The notes under the pieces are model-generated. The model was given only the letters and a program-made list of their open reading frames with translations, made no database searches and was not told the DNA's origin. 64,000 nt of DNA from Raillietiella orientalis (Eukaryota): NCBI GenBank assembly GCA_036172245.1, contig JAYWIR010000036.1:992001-1056000 (forward strand), read 5' to 3'. The position numbers and the translations under genes are program-made. How positions within the stretch are numbered: the stretch's first letter is position 1; every line of letters starts with the position of its first letter. Below, piece by piece: positions 36,248 through 49,703 of the stretch.

Positions 36248-36380
36248 AGGAAGGGGTGGGGGGATGGAAGCCCACGACACACGCATTTCTCTGGCGTCGA
36301 TCCTTTCTCAGGAGGGATTCGAACCCGCGACGCTCGGTGCCACGAGCGGAGGCCGCAGCCACAGCGCCACCACCGCTGGT
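36197..36380 (-). mobile_element. tRNA-derived SINE, 5' half with A and B boxes
   Basis: A-box-like GGTGGCGCTGTGG (36371-36359) and B-box GGTTCGAATCC (36325-36315), 33 nt apart, with a GCTCG/CGAGC stem between them. Confidence 0.85.
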
Positions 36381-36569
36381 CTTCTGGAACCGCGCAGTCA
36401 TCAGCCGTCTCCGGACGAAGTTCCCCATCTACTTATTTCAGACCTCGTCAGGCTACAAACAGACTTATTAAATCTACCATATCCTTCTGATGTCATTTTA
36501 TTCTACCAGCAATAGTTTTTATACGAATAATAATAATAATAATAACAAGGCATAGAGCTAAACAAGATG

Positions 36570-37250
36570 AAAAATGCAGAGTGCGCTCTGTCGTTTACAG
36601 GAAAAAGACGAAGGACGGGATTTTTTCTGAGTGTTAATGAATACAAACTGTTTACAGATCTCATACATTTCAAAAATGCCTTCCATAAGTATCTTGTAGT
36701 TTCAAGCACTTTTAAGAGCAATCTGCTTTAAGCTGATTGAGAACCGGATCGGAACAAGATGGTTGATGTGCATTGTATACGGGCCACAGGGAACTGTGCC
36801 CCTTCCAGCATCTCCCCCACATCGGAGCATGAATTTGAGCATCCAGAGAAGTCCGCGTGCCAATAAAATTCCAGGATATGTCAATAAAATTTTATCTAGC
36901 TAGGTTTCCTATGAGATGAGCCAAAAAGAAGGAAAAGAAAATCAGACTCCCTTCAAGTTATTCAATTGAAGTTGGACGAATCCTGAAGCTGGGGATCAGC
37001 TCTTTCTTTCAGTTTCTAAAGTAGACTCTGAAAATAGGCTCACCATCGGAACCTATTTTGTTGCTTTTGGAATTTCCTCACCGTTTTCTCATATTTGTAT
37101 CGGATGCATCCTATAGTGGTCATCAGTGAAGGCTTGGATTGGGCTTGCTGCTTGTTAATGCCAATTTCCGTATTTTACTCAGTGGTATTGATCGATTAAA
37201 TTCATTGGAATGACGCTGCCACCATTTCATACCTTGCCTTCTTAATCTAG
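36570..37250 (+). mobile_element. AT-rich LINE relic with endonuclease-like and RNase H-like fragments
   Basis: CRLQEK (cf. LQETK), RWLMCIVYGP, and from 37091 IFVSDASY...LGLGLLLVN..ILLSG..SLE, which resembles an RNase H N-terminus. Confidence 0.35.
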
Positions 37251-40200
37251 CAGATGTCTATTTCTAAACAAGGCTAGGTGAAAAATGCATCCATGGTCAT
37301 CACCAGTCGACTCAACGGCATTGATTCCTCGTTTCATTCCTTTCCCATTTTAAACCCCTTAGAACACAATTCTGCTGGTTCAGTGTGAGATCCTCAGAAA
37401 CTTTTTCAAGCATGGTTGTGTAGATTATTTTTTTTCCTTGAGATTCCTTCAAGAGATCCATCTCTGCAAAACGGAGATACATAACATGAATATCCTAAAT
37501 AACATTTGCCTCACCATTTACTGGAATATCATTAACTGGAGGATTCTTTGGATAATCCATGAGGAAATGGATGCAACGAAGTCACCGCAACACCAGATCA
37601 TCAACTAGAGAACAAGAGAATCACTCATCCTTAGGTTCTTTTGGTAAGACATGTTTCATCATTCTCGATAGCCTGTTTAGTAGCTGTAGCTGCCCGTTTG
37701 CTCGAAAGCTGCAAGTATCCAAATCTTCCCGTTGGCCATGTCATTATTTTTCCGTGTGCTGCAAGAACAAGAAAGCATGGTTTTCAGCAGCTCCTTAAGG
37801 AGTCATCCCACTGAATCTGGTCTCTTTTGGTGCTTCATGGTGTGTACACCTGCATGGTAAACGAAAGATACAAAAGTTTCAGCAAAGGCCGCATGGTAAG
37901 ATGAGCACGGCTTCCAGGATGATGTAGCTCCCATCCTTATATTCGTAAATATCCTCTCTACTTTTCGTTGTATTTCATCCTCACATGTGCCACTGTAAAA
38001 GTAAATAGTAGTACAAGCTGTTTCTGCAATGAAGAGCACGTTTGTATGCTTACATGTGTATAGGTAGAAATGCTCATGTATGCTTAGATTATGCACACTA
38101 TGCCTGTGAAGTGTACACGTTGAGTGTACATAATTATTCAAGTGCTCGTATTTGTATGCATGCATGAGCCACGGAGATAATAGTGCACAGTGGCCGAAAA
38201 TGCAAGCCAGAATTCCAAGAACAAACGAAAAAGAAAAAAGCATGCACTGCAATTCTCTTTTTGCCTTCAGTGTACGTTAAGCTGCAAGCACTTCCGAAAG
38301 AATGATATACTATTATACATTGATCACTTTCCCAATTTTTTTTTTTCCTCTTTCCAATCGCCAAGCATTGCTGCTTTTCCGATTAGAAAGGGCATTGCTT
38401 TTTAGCACGTTTACGGGTGCACAAAATTCCGTACTCTTTCCGTTCGAAATTTGAATTTTTAAGAATCGGAGCACCACGATAGCAGCAATGAAGATATCAC
38501 GAAACGGGCAATTATGGCATTATGTACACAAATGTTTATTAAGATTCGTTGTTTAGAATTTCTCGTTTAGTAAACATTCCCACTTTTAGGATTATTGCAC
38601 GGGCTGGGGAGTCGGAGTCAAACCAGTAAACTCTTGTATCACTGTTTCTCAGACTTTAAATATTTATAAAGCGTTGAGTAGCAAGAGTGTACTATACGTG
38701 AGGTAGCTAACGTAGTGTGTAATGGTGAGGTGTGTAGGACGAAACATGAGCATATGTAGAAATACTCAATAGTTCGGCGTACACGTCGGATGTACTATTC
38801 ATAGTGCATGTTTTATAAATTCAATAAGTTGGAAAATCGATATCTGCAAATAAAGTAACTGTGATTGTGAAAAAGAGATATATTACCCTTTTCATTCACA
38901 ACATCCTTCGGAGTTAATCTCCAGTAAAATAAATGAATCAGGTAAAGGAAATTGATAAGTGGAAAAATTTTCAGCTTGACAAGTTTACAATTGCTCATAG
39001 TACTTTAAGGGATAAGTGGATAGGGTAGGCATATTATTGTTCCGGGTGTTTTCTGTTCATCCCAGACTCGGCCGAATATTTCATTAGGTCATGGTTTTGA
39101 AACCCCATGTAGATGGCTAATGTTAGGAATAAATAATGCCATTTAGCGGTAATCCTTGCTACAGAATAGACTTCATAATTGATTGGAATAGATTCCCCTT
39201 CATCTTAGGTTTATGATTTTGTGAATCCGAAGTACGTTGTTTGTCATGTACTGATGATGATTTCTGATATAAAGATCCTCTGACTTTAGCAAATTGCATT
39301 TTCATTCGAAGCTATCTCGAGTTCCTTGCTAGTGAAATGGAGAATTTATTCATTTGATTTTAGTTTAAGAAACAGGGTTGAAAAATTCACTTGAATGTTT
39401 CATCTCTATACTTGAAATTTTGAGACATTAAGAAAAGAGTGAAGTGCCTGTGTTGAGGTAAATAATATGAAGGACATTTGTGAATACAGATGTTCTGTGT
39501 AATTGCAAAAACTATAGGATACTAAATGGTCATGCTAGCCAAAAACCTGACTTTATTTTTCAATTCTTCTGTTGTTTCTGTTAACTTTTTTATCACCTTT
39601 GAAATCCTTGATTCAGTTTTGATGCCATATTTACAGTTTCAAGAAGCTGCACCAGCGTAGACTTTGTTAAGGACTTGCACGTAAATTAAAAATTTTAAAA
39701 CCTTAACCATCAAACGTGTAGCACCTTTACATTTTATTTTAATGATATTTTCATGATAATGAAAATGGGCAGTGAATTAGTTTGTTGCAGAACACAAAAT
39801 TTTTAAAATTGGAACCATTTAAGTGCTTTAGATTTTTTTTTGTCTTCAGTGTTTTTTTTTTTCCAATTTGAAGTGCAGATATTAATTTCCTGTGTTAATT
39901 TAGTATTTCTTCTTTACATGGTGCTAGATACTTATTTAGTGTTTCATTTGAATGATCATAAACTTGCACTGTTTTAGTGAGCATTGTGTACCTCAGCTTT
40001 CTTTTCACTTATTTTGTAATTGCAGTCTTTCAGCATATTTTATAAAGATCCTTAGATGAATTGATTGTCTGATGGATTTCTTACATTAGAGCATGTAATA
40101 CTTAAAAACTTTTGCTGATCTTCATGAGAGGTTTCTTTAGTTTATGAGATGCTGAAACTAATAAGAGTATTGCCTTTTTTGTGCTTTCTAAAAATAATTC

Positions 40201-40717
40201 TAATATTGTTCTTAAATCGAAGAGCTTGGATTAGGATTTTTAGCTACAGATAATAAATAAAAATGAATTTTTTTTCCTTCTCATGCTTTCCATGTTTTGG
40301 TTTTTACATAATTCTTATTTTCATGCCTTTCACCTTCAAAAAGTAATGAATTGAGCTAATATTCAGATAATTTTATTAAAAAAAAAGTACTTCATTCTAT
40401 TGTATGTATTTTGCTGTAAAGTAAATAAATAAATAATAAACAAACGCTTTTTATGAAAGTTTGTTTTTCCAATTTCTAAGAATTTTCGTTTGCGCAATTT
40501 TGTACCTGAGTATTCAGAAAAACAAATTATGGTTTCTAAAAGAAAATTTTTTCCATGTTTTTTTCAACCTTATGTTTTTGTTCATTTGAAAGGTGAAATT
40601 TTCTCTGTTTTGGGGGGAAGGGTAAAGGGGGGACAATGGAAATTTTCATCACATATCTCTGTGAGACTGGATAATAAAACAAAGCATCCAATTATTTCTT
40701 ATAAAAAATCTGTGTTA

Positions 40718-40956
40718 CAATAGACCCCATTATCCTGAACCGAGGTATCCATTAATAAGCATTATCATGATTTTATAAAGTAGGAAACAAAATATTCTTC
40801 AGATGAACAAATACTAGACAAGTAAATACTGAGTAAATATGAAAAGAATTTATTCTTAATACTTCTTGGGACAAAAAATTAATGAGATAATTGCATGTAC
40901 TGATGCACTATTACCCCTGATGACAAGGACCTAAATCAGCAAGATAATGGTGTTCA
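40718..40956. mobile_element. Possible decayed pogo/Tigger-like MITE
   Basis: Imperfect inverted ends accccattatcctg / caagataatggtgt, with the left end preceded by TA. Confidence 0.25.
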
Positions 40957-42999
40957 AAAATAACACTTTTTCAGTAAGCACACTTAAATAATCTTGAATA
41001 GCTTATGCCTGTTTCTAGACTTTTTTTTGTTTAGATGTAGAAAGTTCATGTGTATGTTTTTTTCATACTAAAATAAATTACAGGTGTTGTGTTGTATCTG
41101 AGGAACCAAATTCCTGAAAACCTGCAATTTGTATTTCTAACTAGCGCAAATGGAAGGATTGTTTGAGTTTGAAGCATATACAGTATAAAGGACAGTTCAT
41201 CCCATTAAAACGTCGGTGTGAGGGGAAAAATTTTCTTTTCTGGAACTCATGAATCCCAGCATATCTAAAACACATAAATGCCACCATATCCCATCGTTCT
41301 GATTTTTCTCTAGGGCCCCAGGTTTCCAGTGCACCATATTTTTAAACATCATATTAATTAAGGAAATCAAATATCAGTGATTTCTTATTGGATAGCGATA
41401 AATCCCATGTTACCATTTTTTTTTTTTTTTTTTTTTTTGCCAGTCGGAGCATCAATTCTGAGAAGTTTTTTCTCCCAACCCGTACTTATATGTTTAATGG
41501 GTGTTACAGATTTATTACATAGGGTTTTCTGGGAAATGTTCATGGAAGAATTAAGGGTTTGTGAGCATGAAATCGTGTTTTAGTAAATGCTTTGCTTCGT
41601 TCGTTTGTTTGTTTGTCTTTTTGAAAAAAATTCATCATCTTGGTGTAGTTCAATTCTCTGCATTCGATGGCAGTAGCGATTCCGAACAAGAATAATCAGA
41701 ATTGTATCCAGTAGAAAATCAGCATATTGAATTGATAGGATTCTTTGCCCCCGGATGCTGTGTGTGTGGAACTTGGATTTGGTGCTGTCACAGCATTTCA
41801 TGTGTGTGTGCGATTTTTTTCCACATTCGTTCCGTGAAGATACAAACACAGGAAGGAGGTTTCTTGTGCCGACTTTGCTTTGCTTTTGCTGATACAGATG
41901 ACGACGATCAATGCCTCCCCAGCTGCCAGTACAGCATACAGTTGCGGTTCTCCCTTTCAGTGTGTTCGGATCTTATTTGATAGTTGCCACGAAATTTTCA
42001 CGAAAATTCCATGTCATCCTCACTGATGATGATGGTGCATGCACAGTTTCAGATTACAGTGTGCACCACTTCTTTCGGTGCTGGTGGGAATGAGAAACCT
42101 TTTTAATTGTGCCATCAGTGCAAGCATGAATTGCATTCTTCCCGTAGTAATGTGATTTACAAGGTATTACAGATACGTATGTGACTTTCGTAACTTATCT
42201 GAAGTTCTGGCAAACAGCATTGAACCAATTATACTAAAAAAAAAAAAAAAACATGTATAAATCATCTTTTGTTATTTATAGAAAAGTTTTCCGTTTTTCG
42301 CATCGGTAGTAAGTGGAAATGTTGCATTCATACGAGAAAAAAAAAAAAAAAAAACCTTTTCATTAGGAGTGATTATTACTGGTTGATGGACTTTGTATTA
42401 AATAAATAAATAATTTGCTTTTATAGTTGATTTTATGTGCATTTATATTGCAGTACTTGTTCACGTTGAGGCTGAGGGCATTGTACGGGAAGAGCGTCTA
42501 GGAGGTTTCCCCTTACACATCTGTTTTTAAGATGAGGACCCTTCAGATGAAAGATATTCCCGTTCCGTTAATTAAGCGGTGTTTTCCCCCATTAAAGATT
42601 TGTTTCTGGTACTCCTGTTGATTCATTCCAAGTTCGAAAATGAATTTGCGTTTTGTGCTCCCAAGACTGCGTTCCACGTCGTATTCGGTCGCTCACGCTC
42701 ATCAGTCACGTAAAAACGACTTTCATCTGCAAAGATTTCATTCCCCAAAAGTAATGCCAAATAATTTCGATTCTCACGAGGTCTTCTTTCATCCGCCAAC
42801 CGAAGCGATTACCTGCTGTGTTTTTGTCTTAAGCACAAACCCAGAAATCCTGTGGAGGGAGACTGCCTCGTGTGCGTTCCCTTTTGTTCTTCCTTCCTTT
42901 CGCTTTTTCACGAAAAAGAGATGCCTTACAGTCCATGATGATGCTTTTGGGGCCTTGTAGAAATGATGTCTCGTCATCATCATTCGCTGCGCAAATAGA

Positions 43000-45320
43000 A
43001 CTTACATGGTGAACATTTGTGTTTGCTGGGTACTGTGCAGGTGTCACACGTGTAAATGTGTTTCATACAAGCGTACCCACGTGAAGAGGCGTACATGCCT
43101 TTTTCGAAGCGAGATGCAGCAGCGTGCTTCTGTCTCTGTGATCTGATTATTTGTGTGTTTGTTTTCCTCTTCCCTTTTTTGTAAATGAATGCATCGGATT
43201 TTTACGATTTTTACGGAAGTGAACGGCATAACTGGGACAGCTCCTGAAAGTAGTGATTTGGAATTACCCAGTGAATGCGGAAGCGGAAATCTGAATGCGG
43301 AAGAATCAGTGACAACTCGGTCCCGTGGCTGTGTACGAGCCTCTTCCCGAGCAGAAGAAATCCTTATCCTGGTTACTTGTGCTCTTTCCTGATGTTACAA
43401 ACTTTTGCTGTTTTTTTTTTTTTTCCTTTTTTCTTTCTCTCTCTCCTCATTTTCATGGCCTGGCAGTCTAATGGCTTATTTTCAATGTATGCGTGTTTTA
43501 TGATGGCCTTTTTGAGCTTTTCGTTTTAGAGCTTCATTTTAGTATTGTGTGTTACGGTTTTTCCAGTTTTATACTTTTCTCATTAAAAGTACCGGCAGAA
43601 TGTAGAGATGCTTCCAGCGTGAACGGTTGTCTTGGAATATTATATAGTGTTAGCGGTAACGAGTTGGGAACTTTGAGAAAGATGCTGAGCATCCTCAGCT
43701 CCCGAAAGGCGTTTCGAAATGATCGCGTATTTACAAACACTTTAATGACATTTTGACTGACGAACAAATGCTTTTCTGTGCAGATATGCAAAATTAAAAA
43801 ATCGACTCGATGCGTGTCCCGTCGATCCACGGTGCATTCATTCTTCACAACACGTGTTTGAAAATTGGTTATTGAATATTCATGCAGTTCAGTTCCGGGG
43901 CAGCTTCTAATAGGTATTTGTAATAGATCAAGTGCTGTGTTTCCGCATTTGTTGTGAGATTATTCGTAGTGCTGGGTCCGCGTTCAAGCGCGCTCGATTA
44001 AATGACCTTGCAGTTCCGTTCCTTGAATCGAATGGAGTCGTTTTCACATAGGAACGACCTGCGGACGCAGATTTGCACGTAATCTGTTAAATGTATCGTT
44101 TCGAGTGCGCATTCCGTTGCACCATTCCTGCAGTTGCAAACGGGCACTCCGAGCCGTGTTTGGAAGCACATTTTCAATAGGTTTTTGCCCATCGAAAAAC
44201 AGCAGCAGCAACAAGAAGGATCGTGGGTGCTTGGAACCAGCTTCCTACCTTTGCGTCCTTCTGCAAAACACATTTCCGATTTTCCGAAACGTACCCGTTG
44301 GGCTTTTCGTTTGAAAAAAAAAAAAAAAAAAAGAAGCCTTCCGCGTGTTTTTCGGTGGTAACCTGCGCACTCGCGCGTGCTGCCGAAACAGCGCACACTC
44401 TGTGGCCATTTCTTGCGTTTCCCTCTTCCGCAGATCCGCATCTCCCGCTCTGCTCCTCCTCGACGCTGCAGCCAACCGTCCCTCAGCAGCTACCGCACAG
44501 GTCTCGTCGTTTCGCCGCCCTTTCTCAAGTTCCATCCTTTTCTGTGTGTTTCAAACCCTGTGGCGTTGTACACGTGTATGCTATAGGACGCTTGTTTGAG
44601 CTGTGGAAAAATCGAAACCGCCGTTCGGGCCACCTTGGTATATCTCGTACCGTTTCCCGGTCCCTGGATGTGCCGCTTCTCCTTCGGTGTGACCAGTTGT
44701 GTATGCGCGGTACACACGTCTCGTCGAAGGTTGCTCAGTTCTGGTACAGCTTGAGCTGACGCTCCGTTACCGAAAGCATGGCTCTCGCCTTCAGAGTCCA
44801 CACTCTGCATTTGGGTATTCCTGGATGCGTACACGTTGCGTGTTTCGCATGTTCCCATACCTCGTAGAGACAACGGCAAGAGTGAGTTAAGGTAATGAAT
44901 AGTTGTGGGGGGTTTCGTGCGCAGAGTTGTCTTTCAGCAGCTTCGGTGTAGACTTTTCACTCTGCTGCCGGCCGGTTTTGTTTATGGCTCTTTCGTTTTC
45001 GGTCGAAACTTTTGTTTTCTGCCTTTGCAACAGCTTACCGCGGCGCCATGTTTTATTCAATCCGCACGGTAACGCTGCAAACCAAAGTCTCAAACGCGAA
45101 GTCTCCCATTCATTCGTTTCCTGTGCAGTAAATAATTGATCGGTTAACATCTCCGGTTTCACTGGAATTTTCATTCGTTGTCCCGTATGCACCTTGATCG
45201 CACATAATAAGGAGTTCATAGAATGATTAAGCAGAAGTGGAGTTCTGCGTGCCTGTGAGCTCCCAGTTCGCTTAAGCATTTGCTAAATGGGAGACCAGCA
45301 GCGATGCGTTTGGCAGAGTC
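43000..45320 (+). mobile_element. Old Tx1-like ORF2 relic (RT to zinc knuckle), interrupted
   Basis: SRGCVRA (cf. RGVRQG), CLGILYSVSG (cf. ILG), and FCLCNSLPRRHVL..EVSHSFVSC (zf-RVT-like), in order. Confidence 0.4.
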
Positions 45321-45699
45321 CATGGATCCTTTCAAAATAATGAATACATCCGTTGCCTTGTATCCCGTGTTCGAGTGTTAATGAAATTGCTAAAGTCACA
45401 GGGTGTTTTCTTCTTCAACGACTCTTCCATTATGTGGGTGTTTCCTCCGTGCTTCGCTTAGCTGTAGGAACGATGGCACGTCTTACTTATGATGCGCGTT
45501 CTCCCTTAATGCGTCTGCAAGCAGAAATTCCGAGCAGTGCAATATGAGTGATTCGATGAGTGTCTGCCCCCCAAACAACGAGTTTGAACTCATAAAACGT
45601 GTGTTGCTGTTGAAAGCTTTTCCTGAGCGCTTCAGGCAATCAGATAGGTTGTGCTACAACTCTCTTTTCCTTCTAAGTGGGAACAAAATATTGATCTAT

Positions 45700-46830
45700 T
45701 ATTCTCGTGGCTATCGTCATACCCTGTCCTCGTTTTTTACATGGAACGTCTCCATGGTCCCAGCATCCTTGTTTTACATCACAGCCGCTCTTTGTTTCAG
45801 GTTTCTCCAAATGACTGTGATTTCATGCCTTATTTGTTTTCATCTAAAGTTCTGATTGCTTCGGCGTGTGTTTCTATTTAGTCGCGATATACGAGTTATG
45901 CTTCTGTATTTTTCATAGCCTCGAGAAACAGTTTCCCGATTTATTTCAGGAGCATTCCTATTATAGTGAGAATGCCTTTTCTTCTTTCCTTTTCTTTTTA
46001 GGAATCAATTTCCGTTCCCCGTGATTCCCTGCATTGCATCGTCGTTCCATTTTTCGAATACCGTAGACCATTAATTTGCGGCTTCCTCCTTTCGTCCTAA
46101 CCATCTAGTCTGAAGCTCTTCGAGGTGAGTTCGGTTGATTGTGCCAATCGTTTCGTTTCTTCAGGATAAGTGCCAGGCCACTGCCATCATCTCTTCCTTT
46201 CGGTTGCTCCTTCAAATTCGTCGTGCCCCGGTAAACTGTGTGAAGAAGCCAGATTTGTTCAGACGCAGTTCCCACACTTTACCCATGCATTTTTCAGTTT
46301 TGCTGCTTCACCCAAAGTCGATACAAATAGCTAACAGCTCAAAGTAAATAATGGTAATAGCAGCTCATTTAGCTATTGAGGCGTTTGTTTGCCCTTTCCA
46401 TTATGATTTTGCCCAATGTTTTGCTCTTGGCATTCGATAGTAACTTCTGCGTCTATCGGTTTGTTGTGAAGATTAAATAAGGCATGCTGAGCAAACACGA
46501 ATCACTTTGTAGTTAGCATTGGCAAACCATCTCTGACTTTTTGAGCTCTCGCTTTTGCCGTTCTTCCGAGGGAGAATAGGAGCGTCGGAAATTCTGTTCT
46601 ATTCGGGAAATAGAAACGAATAAACATTAGACTCCGAAATAGTATCCGTGTGCCGTAAATAAGTGGAAAATGCCATTCGGGTTTTCATTTGGAAGGTTCC
46701 CAGCTCTCATTTTCGTGTTTATCCGGAGGTCGCAGGGGTTTGAGGTGATCTTTAATGCATAACCCAGTGTGCACCCTTCTGTAGCATTAATGGATGTGTG
46801 CGTATTAATAACTTTGCAGGCTTCCTTCAC
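45700..46830 (-). mobile_element. Old non-LTR RT C-terminal relic
   Basis: DLRINTK..GYYFGV (cf. GL.IN..K..YLGV), DDGSGL and METFHV. Very degenerate. Confidence 0.3.
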
Positions 46831-49329
46831 GAGCTAGTAAGTGCTAGTAACGCGCAATCCCGAGCTCGCGATGCTCCGCAACGTGTGCATCTTTCCAGCA
46901 AATTCTTGTGCGCATCCGTTATGTACCGTTTTCCCTTTTATTTTCAATTCTTTCCTTATCTGCGTGGCATCTCACTATCAATTATGTATGTCGCCATTGA
47001 TTTTTTATTAATGAGGCTTTCATTTGTTTCTTCTGATGTTCTTTCATGTGTAGTGCATTTTTTACGAAATACTACAATCAGCTGACAGGATTTCGCTTCC
47101 ATAATTCAAGCCCACATGGAGTCCTATTAATGAATGTTAATCGGAGTTCTTTTGATAAATTGGTAGGTGTTTGACTGAAAGCTGGGGGTAAGCCCCCTTG
47201 AAAAATCTAAGCGCCTGCCGAAATCTGCCAATCTTGTTCGTTTCGTTGGGAAATCGTCGCGGACTCAACGGTGGCAAGCTGAAGGCTTTAAATGATTTCT
47301 AAGTCATCATCATGACATGTACCAGGGCCCTCCGTGTGAAGCTTGGTGGTGGATTTGTTAACGTTCTCTGCACAATGAGCGGCAACTCCATGCGATCTTC
47401 CTGTGCCGTTTCTTGCTACAGCTGTCGATGCTGCTCGAAATGATTCATGAAATGAGAATTCACCAGTTTGGGAAGGTTCGTTTCTCCGTTTACGCCGTTA
47501 GTTAAATGAGGCCTCGTGGGACCTTTTATCCCCCCACGGTTGCGTATGTGTCGTAATTTGTTTAGGTGAGTATGCTGCGGATCTGAACTTTTCATCGTTT
47601 TAATGTTTGTTGGTTGTTCTAATTATAATCGAGCCCGTACTTTCACTTCCTCCTCCTCCCTGCCACTGCTCGAGCTAATTAATTACTTTCAGTCCCGAAA
47701 TCTGTGCAGCTTGACAAAATCTATGGATGATTGAGGCGTTGCTTTTAGAAGTAAATTCCTCTTGGGCGTAGAAGAAACCATCATCTACAGATCCGTCACA
47801 AGTTCAAGCTTCTGGCCAGAGTCATGCAGTTCTGCCGAGCTGTTGAGATGATGTGAAGGCATCACTTAATTCGTAGCATTCGGATTCAGTGGCCGCCTGC
47901 TCCGAGGTGTTTTTCGATCCTTCTTACTCCGGTCGGCAAGGTTGCATTTCTCAAACTCTTGAGGATGATATGCAATGTCGAAGTGCTGGTAGGAGTGAAT
48001 TTGCATGGAAACGGTTCTGCTTCAAATGGCCGTGGGAGATTCGAAACTTCGCGGTTGTTGGAGAGTTACGGCCTCTCTATTTCCGCCTTTCTCAATACCG
48101 TTTAGAGAGAGAAAGAAAGCTCCATTTGCAATAAATGAAATGGTCACAGATAAAAGAAAAAAAAAAAAAAAAAACAGCACAAACATGAAGCAGAGTTGAT
48201 TCGGTGGTTTCTGAATCCTTCGCTATAGGGTAAAAGGAAGTGGCTCAAAAGCCACATGGAAGCATGTGAAAATGTGTGTGCTTTCTTCCAAGTGGACGCA
48301 GAAAGAAATTGCAGGGCCACTTACTTTTTGAAAGGGTTTTCATTTTGAGCTACCGTTCTTCTCTAGAGGTCTCCCCGTTATGTTCCTGATCTTCTTGTAC
48401 AATACTTTCGAGAGATTGCCTTTCCTAAACTTATTCCATTGAGTTTCATGTGTTTCATACGTTAATTGAAAATCATCGTTGTGCTTAATGTTGCAGATGG
48501 GAAGTTTATCGCGAAATCCGGAACTGAAGAAGAGATCCGGGAATCTGTGCTCTCGGCAGCAGCTAAAATGAATAATCTTTGGATTCAGCATCATTGTGGA
48601 GAAGTTCACAAGTTCTTAAAACAAATGGAAAAAGATCCTTTTGTTATATGATCTTGCCGTGACATTCCCCACATCCAGCCGAACGAATGTGATCTGGTGA
48701 TTGAGATTATATTCAAGAACCATATAGAGATTATAAATTTACTTTTGCGAGGATGAAGGTTCGAACGCAGTCATTTAATCTTAAGAAAGTGGTGATAAAT
48801 AAGGAAGGAACGACTTTGTTGGTGCAGTGAAAATGATATCGAGGAATCGGAGATACAGCATCATTCGAGGGAAAGACTGTTAACTCGCCAATGGAATCCA
48901 TGCTTATAATTTTGGAAAACCAAAATATGCAGTATGATTTGTTGGAGACGTACATAAATGTGTTGATTCCTCAGCGTTTTTTACCCGATTTAAAATGGCC
49001 CTGGCATCTCCTTGCATAGAAAACGGAATTCTTCCTGTCTGTCATGAAGTAAAAATGTTCGTGTCGAAGGAGGAACCGTCTGAGGAACTCTGACACAAAG
49101 AGTGCTGCAGCTAAAAGTATTGTATGCTGATTTATTCAGATCCGCGTTCCTTGAAAACGAGTGCAAACAGTAAGGTCGTCTGCGTGGTTGCCATTCCCTT
49201 ATGTATCGGTACATACCGTATCGAATGGGATCTAAGCAGGTTCATGTTGAGAATGCATAAACGGCAGTCGCTCAAGATGTGGTTTCCAACATGGACGCGA
49301 TATATGCAAAGTCGAAAGACTTGAAGAGT

Positions 49330-49667
49330 TATAGCCGTGTCCCTGGGATTCAGATGAGGGGATTTGAGACTTCGTGAAAGAAGTAATGTAGATCTATTAG
49401 ATGAGGATTTTCAAAACAATTTCTGTAGCTTAAAGAGTCGTATTCTCTCGTTTGCTTTGGTCGGCTTGTTCTGATGGCTAAACAGAAAACGTTGGATCCG
49501 ATAAAAGTGAACACGCAGTTTCGAATCATCCGTTTTGTACAATTATCAGAATGGCTTCTGCTGTCATTTGCTTTTTTGTGACTCGAAACTGTGTCTGAAA
49601 ATTAAGAAACAGATGCTCAAGAATATCCAGTTCCCTACTCCAAGCGGGAATCCGATATCTAAACTCG

Positions 49668-49703
<36 letters not shown>

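Noticed and set aside
36305..36378. Possible tRNA gene
   Set aside because: The acceptor stem does not close, the anticodon loop is 6 nt, and it runs into a repeated body sequence. It is a SINE head.
38600..38620. gggctggggagtcggagtc resembling a DNA-transposon terminal repeat
   Set aside because: It is a single short match with no partner inverted repeat found.
39066..39087. Similarity to the adenylate kinase 6 N-terminus (PNILLTG)
   Set aside because: The sequence reads TRPNISL and no GTPGxGK exon follows.
39250..39285. Box C/D snoRNA (ATGATGA ... CTGA)
   Set aside because: The boxes are only about 30 nt apart and there is no convincing terminal stem.
48466..48651. Short ORF with LWIQHHCGEV, possibly an RTE-type linker or a host exon
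   Set aside because: Too short and too far from the adjacent RT relic to assign.
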